From positions 569-64,568 of the forward strand of contig CAKPLQ010000003.1 in NCBI GenBank assembly GCA_934167685.1: DNA of 64,000 nucleotides, written 5' to 3'. The notes beneath the pieces were generated by a model, which saw only the letters and a program-made list of their open reading frames with translations, had not been told where the DNA came from and made no database searches. Source of the DNA: an uncultured Clostridia bacterium. GTDB taxonomy: Bacteria > Bacillota > Clostridia > TANB77 > CAG-508. The stretch's first letter is position 1. Each line of letters starts with the position of its first letter. Made by a program: the position numbers and the translations under genes. Positions 9,159 through 17,005 of this stretch are shown here, in pieces.

Positions 9159-9854
9159 ATGGATTATGAATTAATGATGAATGGAACTGTAAAAATCGGC
9201 CAACACGCACCTGACTTCACATCAGAAACTACATATGGACCTATTAACTTAAATGACTATAAAGGAAAGTGGTTAGTATTTTTCTCTCACCCTGGAGACT
9301 TTACCCCCGTGTGTACTACTGAAATGATTGCATTTGCAAATGCATGCTCATATTTTGAAAAGTTAAATACTTGTCTATTAGGACTAAGCATTGACAGCAA
9401 TGCATCACATTTAGCTTGGATGCATGATATTTACTGCATGACAGGTATTGTTCTACCTTTCCCAATAGTTGCAGATAGAAATGGTTCTATTGCTAGAAAA
9501 TATGGAATGATATCTAATGATATTAGTTCTACTGAAACAGTTAGAAATGTCTTTATTATTGATGATAAAGGTATTATTAGAACTATTCTTGTATATCCTC
9601 TAAATATAGGACGATTTATACCTGAAATATTGAGAATTATTCAAGCTTTACAAATGGCAGATTGCGCCAAAGGTTCTACCCCTGCTAATTGGATGCCTGG
9701 TCAGCCCGTTATTATGTCCTCTCCAAGAACATATCCTCAATTACAAGAACGTTTAAATTATATAGACCAAAATAATAATGGTATGAGTTGGTATTTAAGT
9801 TTTAAAGAACCTCCTCAAATCTGTGATAAGACTGATAAATGCCTTGATGAGTAA
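9159..9854 (+). CDS. Peroxiredoxin (Prx6/1-Cys-like AhpC-TSA)
   Basis: 231 aa. APDFT and KWLVFFSHPGDFTPVCTTE (peroxidatic Cys motif), then HLAWM. Confidence 0.9.
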   Translation: MDYELMMNGTVKIGQHAPDFTSETTYGPINLNDYKGKWLVFFSHPGDFTPVCTTEMIAFANACSYFEKLNTCLLGLSIDSNASHLAWMHDIYCMTGIVLPFPIVADRNGSIARKYGMISNDISSTETVRNVFIIDDKGIIRTILVYPLNIGRFIPEILRIIQALQMADCAKGSTPANWMPGQPVIMSSPRTYPQLQERLNYIDQNNNGMSWYLSFKEPPQICDKTDKCLDE

Positions 9855-9863
9855 TTATTTCAA

Positions 9864-9896
9864 AAAGCACACTTAAATTAAAAGTGTGCTTTTAAA
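9864..9896. terminator. Bidirectional terminator hairpin
   Basis: AAAGCACACTT (9864-9874) pairs with AAGTGTGCTTT (9882-9892). Lies between convergent genes. Confidence 0.75.
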
Positions 9897-9897
9897 A

Positions 9898-10437
9898 TTA
9901 TTTATTATAATTAATCTCTTCTATTATATTTCCATCAACATCTTTCAAAATAATCTTATGCTCATCTATAGTTAAATAGCTATGAGCAGTATTATTTTTA
10001 GGTAAAGAAATTGAACCACTATTTACAAAAATAACTCCATTTTCCTTTTCGATAAAACCTGTATGAAGATGTCCATAAACAAGTACATCTATGTTTTCAG
10101 GAACATTATCCATATTATATATATGACCATGTGTAAAGAAAAATCTTGCTCCACCTATTGTTAATTCAATCTTATCATGAAACTTAAAATCTGAAATCAT
10201 TTCATCAACTTCTGCATCGCAATTTCCTCTTATACATAAAATCTTATCTTTATAATCATTCAAAATTCCAGCTACCTTCATTGGAGAATATTCCTCTGTC
10301 AACGAGTTTCTTGGTCCATGATAATATAAATCTCCTAAAAGAATAATTTGGTCTGGTTTTTCTTTTTCATATATTTCTTTAAATTTCTTTGCATAATAAT
10401 ATGAGCCATGTATATCTGATACAACTAAAAATTTCAT
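9898..10437 (-). CDS. YfcE/MJ0936-family metallophosphoesterase
   Basis: 179 aa. MKFLVVSDIHGS, LGDLYYHGPRN, IRGNCD, FFTHGH and VYGHLH. Confidence 0.85.
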   Translation of the reverse strand: MKFLVVSDIHGSYYYAKKFKEIYEKEKPDQIILLGDLYYHGPRNSLTEEYSPMKVAGILNDYKDKILCIRGNCDAEVDEMISDFKFHDKIELTIGGARFFFTHGHIYNMDNVPENIDVLVYGHLHTGFIEKENGVIFVNSGSISLPKNNTAHSYLTIDEHKIILKDVDGNIIEEINYNK

Positions 10438-10439
10438 TT

Positions 10440-13238
10440 TTATTCTCCTTTAACAGTATTAATTTTAAATAATTTCATTAATTCTACAATCACAACTGGA
10501 GCAATAATCAAAGCAATTGTCTCAATCATATTATTCATTGGTAATATTGGAATACTAAATATATGTCTTAATGCAGGTACTGCTAATATTATTGCCATTA
10601 AAAATGCAGAAGCTAAGACTGCCCAAATTAATATTGAATTTCCAAGTATTCCTGTTTTAAATATTGAATTTTTATTATCACGTATATTAAATACATGAAC
10701 TAATTCTGAAAATGCCAATACCATAAATGCCATCGTTTGGCCAATTTCTATTTTAGTTTCTTCCTTTGATACATATTCTCCACCATTTGCTAGAATTTCT
10801 TCCAAATTATCTATTTCTTCAACAGCTATAGTCTCACCCTCGTATTTTACCATAGTTGGTAATTTGCTGTCTGGTGTTGCTAAACCAATTATAAATGCAG
10901 ATAGTGTTAAAATTCCAATCATTGCACCTTGATAGATAATTCTAAATGTTCTACCTTTTGTAAATATTCCTTCATCTTTTTTTATCGGCTTTCTATCCAT
11001 CACATCTCTATTAGCAGGATCAAATGCTAATGCTAATGCAGGAAATGTATCGGTTACAAGATTTATCCATAATATATGAATAGGAAGTAATAATTGAATC
11101 ATTGTTACATCTGATATACCAAATGTTTTAGCAATTAGTGGTGCAAATAATGTTGCTAATAATAGTACAATAACTTCACCAACATTGCAAGAAATCAAGA
11201 ATTGTATTACTTTTAATATATTATCATAAATACGTCTTCCTTCTTCTACTGCTGATACTATTGTTGCAAAATTATCATCTGTTAATATAACATCTGCTGC
11301 TTCTTTAGCAACCTCTGTTCCAACTTTTCCCATTGCACATCCAATGTCTGCTGTTTTTAATGCAGGACTATCATTTACTCCATCACCTGTCATAGCAACT
11401 ATTTCTCCATTAGCCTGCCATGCTTTAACTATACGAACTTTATGTTCTGGTGATACTCTTGCATATACTGAATATTTTCTTATATTTTTAGTTAATTCTT
11501 CATCAGATATTTTATCTAATTCTAATCCAGTTAATGCTTCATCTTCATTTTCTAATATTCCTAATTTTTTTGCAATTGCAACTGCTGTAATTTTATGGTC
11601 ACCAGTAATCATTACAGTTTTTATTCCAGCATGTTTACATTTTTCAACTGCTTTTTTAGCTTCTTCTCTTGGCGGATCTATCATTCCTACCATCCCAATG
11701 AATGTTAATTCACTTTCAATTGTTTCCATTTCTTCTTTTGATGGCATATGGTCAATATCTTTATATGCAAATGCTAATACTCTTAATGCATCTTTTGCCA
11801 TATTTTCGTTATTTTCTCTTATCCATCTTGAATAATCTTCTAAGTTAGTTCTTATTTCACCTTTAAATAGATATGAATTACATCTAGCTAAAAGTTCATC
11901 AACTCCACCTTTTGTATATACTCTATATTTTCCATTATTTTCATTAACTGTTGTCATCAATTTTCTATTAGAATCAAATGGAACTTCTTCAACCCTTGGA
12001 TTTTCTCTAACAATTGCCTCTTGATATTCTAAGTTAAATGCCATATCTATTAATGCTGTTTCTGTTGGATCTCCTGCAAGTTCTCCAGTTTCTAACATTC
12101 TTGAATCATTACATAACATACAGTTATATACTAATTTATTAAAATCTTCTGTAGTTTCTACTTTATCTACATCAACTGTTACATCATTACAAAATACTTT
12201 TTCCACAGTCATTTTGTTTTGTGTTAATGTTCCTGTTTTGTCTGAACAAATTACTGTACTACTTCCTAATGTTTCTACTGCTGGTAATTTTTTAACAATA
12301 GCATTTTTCTTTACCATTTTTTGAACGCCTATTGCTAATACAATTGTTGATACTGCTACTAATCCTTCTGGGATTACTGCTACAGCTAAAGAAACTGCTG
12401 TCATAAACATACTTATTACATCTTTTCCTTGTAATAATCCTAACACGAAAATAAATGCACATATTGCAAGTGCTGCAATTCCTAATGTTTTTCCTAAACT
12501 ATTTAGTCTTCTTTGAAGTGGTGTTTCTTGTTTTTCCGTATTATTTAACATTCCAGCAATTTTACCAACTTCTGTATTCATTCCTGTTTCTACTACAATT
12601 GCTTTTCCTCTACCATAAGTAATTAAGCTAGAAGAAAATAGCATATTTACTCTATCTCCAATTCCTATTTCTTCTCCTTTTATAGCTTCTATTGACTTTT
12701 CAACTGGTACCGATTCTCCTGTTAATGAACTTTCTTGAGATTTTAAATTTACTGCCTCTATTATTCTTAAATCTGCTGATACATAATCACCAGTTTCTAT
12801 TATTACAAGATCTCCTGGCACTAGCTCTCTTGCAGGAATAACCTGTTCTTTTCCATCTCTAACAACTTTTGCCGCATGTTCACTTAATTTTCTTAATGCT
12901 TCTAATGATTTTTCTGCTTTGCTTTCTTGTGCAACTCCAATAACTGCATTCAATAGCACTACTATTAGTATTATTATTGTATCTGTAAATCCTTCTCCTT
13001 GTGCAACTCCTACTACTCCAGATACAATGGCAGCTATTATTAATACTATTATTGAAAAATCCTTAAATTGAGCTATAAACTTTTTAATTAATGGTTCTTT
13101 TTTCTTTTCTTGTAATTCATTTTCACCATATTTAGATTTGTTTTCTTCTACTTGTTTACTGTTTAAACCATTTTCTAAGTCTGTTTTTAATTCTGTTTCA
13201 ACATCTTTTACTTCTTTGTTAAACCAATTTTTTTCCAT
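10440..13238 (-). CDS. P-type (type II, Ca2+-transporting-like) ATPase
   Basis: 932 aa. TGES, the phosphorylation site CSDKTGTLTQNKM, MITGDH, TGDGVNDSPALK, and about 10 TM segments. Confidence 0.9.
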   Translation of the reverse strand: MEKNWFNKEVKDVETELKTDLENGLNSKQVEENKSKYGENELQEKKKEPLIKKFIAQFKDFSIIVLIIAAIVSGVVGVAQGEGFTDTIIILIVVLLNAVIGVAQESKAEKSLEALRKLSEHAAKVVRDGKEQVIPARELVPGDLVIIETGDYVSADLRIIEAVNLKSQESSLTGESVPVEKSIEAIKGEEIGIGDRVNMLFSSSLITYGRGKAIVVETGMNTEVGKIAGMLNNTEKQETPLQRRLNSLGKTLGIAALAICAFIFVLGLLQGKDVISMFMTAVSLAVAVIPEGLVAVSTIVLAIGVQKMVKKNAIVKKLPAVETLGSSTVICSDKTGTLTQNKMTVEKVFCNDVTVDVDKVETTEDFNKLVYNCMLCNDSRMLETGELAGDPTETALIDMAFNLEYQEAIVRENPRVEEVPFDSNRKLMTTVNENNGKYRVYTKGGVDELLARCNSYLFKGEIRTNLEDYSRWIRENNENMAKDALRVLAFAYKDIDHMPSKEEMETIESELTFIGMVGMIDPPREEAKKAVEKCKHAGIKTVMITGDHKITAVAIAKKLGILENEDEALTGLELDKISDEELTKNIRKYSVYARVSPEHKVRIVKAWQANGEIVAMTGDGVNDSPALKTADIGCAMGKVGTEVAKEAADVILTDDNFATIVSAVEEGRRIYDNILKVIQFLISCNVGEVIVLLLATLFAPLIAKTFGISDVTMIQLLLPIHILWINLVTDTFPALALAFDPANRDVMDRKPIKKDEGIFTKGRTFRIIYQGAMIGILTLSAFIIGLATPDSKLPTMVKYEGETIAVEEIDNLEEILANGGEYVSKEETKIEIGQTMAFMVLAFSELVHVFNIRDNKNSIFKTGILGNSILIWAVLASAFLMAIILAVPALRHIFSIPILPMNNMIETIALIIAPVVIVELMKLFKINTVKGE

Positions 13239-13295
13239 TAATATCTTTCCTTTCTTTAGCTATTTTATATATTATAACCATTTTATAGAAATTAT

Positions 13296-13349
13296 ATAAA
13301 AAACAAGACTTCTAAAGAAAAAACTTTTACATCTTTTCTTTAAAAGTCT
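13296..13349 (-). terminator. Hairpin plus U-run between the att site and the ATPase gene
   Basis: AGACTTCTAAAGAAAA (13306-13321) pairs with TTTTCTTTAAAAGTCT (13334-13349) with one mismatch. On the minus strand it is followed by TGTTTTTTT. In the empty site this would be the first terminator downstream of tRNA-Glu. It could alternatively be an ATPase leader. Confidence 0.5.
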
Positions 13350-13453
13350 CGTTCACTTTTATTTAAAGCTTGCTAACCAGATTTTCTACCCTAATTCCTT
13401 AGGAAAATCGCGACTGTTGATTAACAATTTAAAACTACTCCCTTTTAAGGTTA

Positions 13454-13495
13454 TATAATATATTGGTGACCCCTACGGGAATCGAACCCATGATT
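13454..13495. repeat. attL-type junction (partial tRNA-Glu 3' end copy)
   Basis: TATAATATATTGGTGACCCCTACGGGAATCGAACCCATGATT is identical to 55743-55784. Confidence 0.9.
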
Positions 13496-13592
13496 AATTT
13501 TTAACTCTTTTTACTTTTTCACAAATCTGTCTAAACACTGGATTTTTAACGTTTTTACATTAAAGTCCTTTACAGTTATTCTTAGTTATAAA

Positions 13593-13618
13593 AAACTAAA
13601 GTGTTAAAAAAGTGTTAA
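13593..13618 (+). repeat. Putative integrase arm-type site (left arm copy)
   Basis: AAACTAAAGTGTTAAAAAAGTGTTAA is identical to 55664-55689. It contains AGTGTTAA twice and lies 97 nt from the core repeat. Confidence 0.55.
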
Positions 13619-13651
13619 TTAATTACAAGACGTATTATACATATATTATTA

Positions 13652-13786
13652 CTAATTGTCAAGCTTTATTTGTAAATATTTCTCATATTCTTCTCTTGTT
13701 ATCCATTTTCTCTTGTTAAAATATTTTTCAAAATCTTCATTACTTATAATTAGTTCTTCCATTATTTCATTTTCTACTACATTCAT
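13652..13786 (-). CDS. Small hypothetical protein (44 aa)
   Basis: Below the ORF-track cutoff. GGAGAGG RBS then ATG at 13786. Sequence MNVVENEIMEELIISNEDFEKYFNKRKWITREEYEKYLQIKLDN. The operator-like palindrome lies ~45 nt upstream. Confidence 0.4.
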   Translation of the reverse strand: MNVVENEIMEELIISNEDFEKYFNKRKWITREEYEKYLQIKLDN

Positions 13787-13830
13787 ACTACCTCTCCTTT
13801 CGAATATGGTGTATAAATATAACCAAGTCC

Positions 13831-13845
13831 ATCCACTATGGTGGA
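13831..13845. promoter_or_regulatory. Operator-like palindrome, copy 1
   Basis: ATCCACTATGGTGGA (inverted halves TCCAC/GTGGA) is identical to 14150-14164. It lies upstream of the 44-aa ORF with a TTGACA nearby on the minus strand. Confidence 0.55.
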
Positions 13846-13896
13846 TATTTTATGAAAGTGTCAATTTCATATACAAAAAAAATAAAATAGTACTTT

Positions 13897-14098
13897 TTAG
13901 GGTACTATTCTATATAATTCATCTAAATCTATATTCAATGCTTGTGCTATTATTATTGCATTACTAAAAGACGGTTCTTTCTCATTTCGTTCTATATAAT
14001 TCAAATGTGAACTTGATATGCCTGTTATTTTTGATAACTTCTCTAGACTATATCCGCTTTTTAATTCTTATCTCTTTCAATAATATTTCTATTCTCAT
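13897..14098 (-). pseudogene. XRE-family HTH regulator, frame disrupted in an A5 run
   Basis: AAGGTGG RBS and ATG at 14098 give MRIEILLKEIRIKKRI then a stop. The +1 frame continues SGYSLEKLSKITGISSSHLNYIERNEKEPSFSNAIIIAQALNIDLDELYRIVP, a typical XRE HTH. The span is 202 nt (3n+1). The T5 run on the plus strand is at 14058-14062. Confidence 0.7.
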
Positions 14099-14149
14099 TT
14101 TTCCACCTTCAGCTTTAGTATGCTTAATTTTTTATATAACATACTTTTT

Positions 14150-14164
14150 ATCCACTATGGTGGA
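14150..14164. promoter_or_regulatory. Operator-like palindrome, copy 2
   Basis: ATCCACTATGGTGGA lies ~52 nt upstream of the XRE gene start, in the divergent region toward the 14359 gene. Confidence 0.55.
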
Positions 14165-14303
14165 AATGTAATATTTTCTAAAAAAAGAGAAGTACTAAAA
14201 CTTCTCTTTCGGTATTCTTATTTGCTTCTTATTTATTATAGCATTTTTATGTTGAGTTATCTGTCGAAGTTTGTCTTAGTTTTTACATTTTTTAGCATTT
14301 TTC

Positions 14304-14332
14304 TTGACTTTATTAGTCTATCTCTATATAAT
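14304..14332 (+). promoter_or_regulatory. Consensus sigma-A-type promoter
   Basis: TTGACT (14304-14309), a 17-nt spacer, then TATAAT (14327-14332). It lies ~27 nt upstream of the 14359 start. Confidence 0.7.
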
Positions 14333-14358
14333 ACTCTTATCAAGAGAGGATGTTGAAA

Positions 14359-15294
14359 ATGTGTTATTGGTACAATTTAAAAAATAAATTAAAAATCCTA
14401 ACTAATTATATATACAATTTATTAAAAATATTATTTTTTGATAGTTTGAAAATTATAGGTGTTATTATTATTATCTTTATAGTATTCTCTGCTTCAGTTT
14501 TTATTTTCAATAAATGTGATATTCAAACACCTGCTGATATGGAAAGTCAGGAAATCTTTATTTATGGTATTAGCTTGAGCAATTGGGGAACTTGGATTAC
14601 ATTGATAGGTTTAATTTTTACAGCTATTTGGTCGATGCATCAATATATAAGAAGCAGAAACTTAAGTCAACAAGAAAAAGCTTCATTAATAGCTCAAGAT
14701 TTTGCAGGTAATCTAATAGAACGAATGAGTCTAATTTCTGGTGTTTTAATGCAAAATCAAGAAGTTCAAAGGATAATTAAAATTATTGACGCAAACAACA
14801 TTAGTCAATTCACAAGAATTGAAGCAAAAGAAATTTTTGATAATGCAAATTGTTTTGATGACTTTTCAAAAATCTTAAAGTCAAAGAAAACCCAGCAAAG
14901 ATACAATAAAATTTTAAATGAAAATTATAATAATAAAGAAAAAGAAAGATTCGATAGTAATTTTAATGTATTAGTAAGTAACACTCTTAATCAGCTTGAA
15001 GCAATCTGTATAAATATTAGCAGCGAAGCTGCTGGATCTCAATTCATCTATGAATCGCTACACCAAATGTTTCTTAGTACAATAGAAATATTGTATTTAA
15101 AAATTTCAGACTCTAATTGTAACAATGTCGATAAATACTATACTAATGTTATCTCGGTTTACAATATGTGGAACCTTCAAAAAAGTAAAGACATTAAAAA
15201 ATTAGCAAAAACAAGTAAGAAAATTCAAAAACTTGAAAACAAAATGGATAAAGAAATAAAAAATCTTTTAAATAAGCAAACTAAAACAGTCTAA
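14359..15294 (+). CDS. Two-TM membrane protein with a helical cytoplasmic domain (moron; candidate exclusion/defence protein)
   Basis: GAGAGG RBS 9-10 nt before the ATG at 14359 (the track ATG at 14350 abuts the RBS). TM1 is IIGVIIIIFIVFSASVFIF and TM2 is WGTWITLIGLIFTAIW, followed by ~210 aa of helical, K/N-rich sequence. It has its own promoter and terminator and is transcribed opposite to the phage late genes. Confidence 0.65.
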   Translation: MCYWYNLKNKLKILTNYIYNLLKILFFDSLKIIGVIIIIFIVFSASVFIFNKCDIQTPADMESQEIFIYGISLSNWGTWITLIGLIFTAIWSMHQYIRSRNLSQQEKASLIAQDFAGNLIERMSLISGVLMQNQEVQRIIKIIDANNISQFTRIEAKEIFDNANCFDDFSKILKSKKTQQRYNKILNENYNNKEKERFDSNFNVLVSNTLNQLEAICINISSEAAGSQFIYESLHQMFLSTIEILYLKISDSNCNNVDKYYTNVISVYNMWNLQKSKDIKKLAKTSKKIQKLENKMDKEIKNLLNKQTKTV

Positions 15295-15317
15295 TATTAG
15301 ACTGTTTTGTTTTTTTC
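15285..15317 (+). terminator. Rho-independent terminator
   Basis: AACAGTCTAAT/ATTAGACTGTT perfect hairpin (15285-15306) followed by TTGTTTTTTT. Confidence 0.85.
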
Positions 15318-15386
15318 TTTATCTTCTTTAGACGTTGTTTTATCATTCTTTATTTCTTCATATTCTTTTAACCATTCTTGATACAT
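15297..15386 (-). CDS. Possible 29-aa peptide
   Basis: A strong GGGAGGG RBS 6 nt before the ATG at 15386. Sequence MYQEWLKEYEEIKNDKTTSKEDKEKNKTV. It overlaps the terminator hairpin. Speculative. Confidence 0.25.
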   Translation of the reverse strand: MYQEWLKEYEEIKNDKTTSKEDKEKNKTV

Positions 15387-15615
15387 ATAAATCCCTCCCT
15401 CATAATATTTCTACTTTTTGTAAAATATTATTATGATTTACTAAATTATATGAATATTTTTTCGAAAAGTCAATACTTTTTTTAGTTTTTTGTAAACAAT
15501 ATTCGACATTTTTCTTTTTATTAAAATCACTGTTTTTTCAACCTTTCAAAATCCATTTTAAGCCATTTTTATTTTTGATTAGTATAGTTTTATGCCTTGA
15601 TTTCAACCATAAAAC

Positions 15616-15654
15616 GCAAAAAAGAGGTAGGCCGAAATTAATCAGCTTACCTCT
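15616..15654 (-). terminator. Terminator of the lysis/late operon
   Basis: AGAGGTAGG (15623-15631) pairs with CTTACCTCT (15646-15654), with one G-U pair on the minus-strand RNA. It is followed on the minus strand by TTTTTTG. Confidence 0.7.
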
Positions 15655-15665
15655 AATTTTTTATA

Positions 15666-16409
15666 TTATTTTACACATCTTACATCTACTGCAAAACCAA
15701 TTTTATAATTTCCATTTTTAGTCGGATAACGAACCATTGGTGCTCCATTAAATATTCCAAAACACTCACACTCTTCATATTTATTTAGGCTACCAATTTT
15801 TAATGTATGTTGACAATCAGCGTAGATTGGCTCTACTGTTTTTCCATTTTTAAATCTATACATAGGTACTTCTTCACTCCCTTTTTCTTCTTTTACAGCT
15901 GTATTAACTGTGGCTTGTCCAAGCCTATTTGCAACATCATTTTTTAGCTTAATCCATTCTTTTTCATTTCTTACATAGTAACGTGGACATTCTTTCCCTG
16001 TTACATCATAATGTCTTATAATATTATCTACAGTTAATCCATATCTGTTACAAATATCTGCACATAATTCTACTAAACTATTATATGTAGCCTCATTGAA
16101 TTTGCCATCCCAGTCAGGATGGCAATCTTCTATTCCGATTGATTTTCTGTTCATTGAATAACTACCTGCGTGGAAGGCCACTTCATTTTCGGGTATACAT
16201 CTTATTATTTCGCCGTTTAATCCAATCACATAATGACTTGAAGCATATGTTTTATGTGAGTCTTTTAAGTTCTCAAAGTAGTTTCTATTAGCGATAGCAG
16301 AACTTCCTGCATTTCCTACCCAATGGACTACTATATTTTTTATAACTCCTTGTTTTTCTCCACTTCTTGAATAAGGATTAATTGTTAATAGTTTATCTTG
16401 AATTTCCAT
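15666..16409 (-). CDS. Endolysin, N-acetylmuramoyl-L-alanine amidase (Amidase_2/PGRP type) with a C-terminal binding domain
   Basis: 247 aa. VVHWVGNAGSSA, SHYVIG, AFHAG and HYDVTGKECPRYY. It is the last gene of the late operon, after the holin. Confidence 0.9.
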   Translation of the reverse strand: MEIQDKLLTINPYSRSGEKQGVIKNIVVHWVGNAGSSAIANRNYFENLKDSHKTYASSHYVIGLNGEIIRCIPENEVAFHAGSYSMNRKSIGIEDCHPDWDGKFNEATYNSLVELCADICNRYGLTVDNIIRHYDVTGKECPRYYVRNEKEWIKLKNDVANRLGQATVNTAVKEEKGSEEVPMYRFKNGKTVEPIYADCQHTLKIGSLNKYEECECFGIFNGAPMVRYPTKNGNYKIGFAVDVRCVK

Positions 16410-16478
16410 TATTCATTAGCCTCCCCTCTTGCATCTTCTTCGGCTAATTCCATTGTTTCTACAATTTCTTCTTCCATA

Positions 16479-16676
16479 CTAGCCCTCCTTACTATTTACT
16501 GCTTTTTGTCCTAACAAATACGTGCTTATAACTCCGTTTACAACAGCTATAACTTGTACTATTTGAATTGCGTGTGGTATTGTTATACCATCTACTGCAT
16601 TTATTCCTGCTACTAATGCACTCATTATTGCTAATACATTTATTGTGTATTTAGCTATCTTTTTTATTTTATCCAT
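16479..16676 (-). CDS. Holin
   Basis: About 65 aa with two hydrophobic helices and a charged C-terminus. AAGGAG RBS before the ATG at 16676. Lies directly upstream of the endolysin. Confidence 0.75.
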   Translation of the reverse strand: MDKIKKIAKYTINVLAIMSALVAGINAVDGITIPHAIQIVQVIAVVNGVISTYLLGQKAVNSKEG

Positions 16677-16690
16677 GATAATCACTCCTT

Positions 16691-16999
16691 TTATTTAAAA
16701 ATCATAACACTTATTCCGGCTAATATCGCACCTAAAACAAATGTTATGATTTGATTTCTTATATTCTTTTTTGTCTCTTTGTAGTCTTGAGCTGGTTCGT
16801 TTTCTATGCTTGCAACCCTTTTATTCAGCCCATTTACGTCTTCACGCATAAGTTTAGTTTCATTTGCAAGCTCTTTTACTGCATATGTTAAGTCGTGTAT
16901 ATCTTCAAGCTTCTCATCATGTTCATCTAATCTTTTCGTATTAGATTTCGCTCTTTGCTCAACTTGTACTAATCTTTCTATTAATTCTTTTTCTTCCAT
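16691..16999 (-). CDS. XhlA-like lysis-associated membrane protein
   Basis: 102 aa. An N-terminal coiled coil (RLVQVEQRAKSNTKRLDEHDEKLEDI) plus a C-terminal TM (IITFVLGAILAGISVMIF). This architecture and position match the XhlA family. Confidence 0.65.
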   Translation of the reverse strand: MEEKELIERLVQVEQRAKSNTKRLDEHDEKLEDIHDLTYAVKELANETKLMREDVNGLNKRVASIENEPAQDYKETKKNIRNQIITFVLGAILAGISVMIFK

Positions 17000-17005
17000 A
17001 CGAGA

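Noticed and set aside
11344-11835. 163-aa plus-strand ORF
   Set aside because: It is antisense to the well-supported P-type ATPase gene, and its S/L/I-rich composition is typical of antisense frames.
13656-14356. Plus-strand track ORFs 13656-13967 and 14120-14356
   Set aside because: They have no RBS and a low-complexity F/L/S/Y composition. They overlap better-supported minus-strand genes (44-aa ORF, XRE) and the promoter/operator region.
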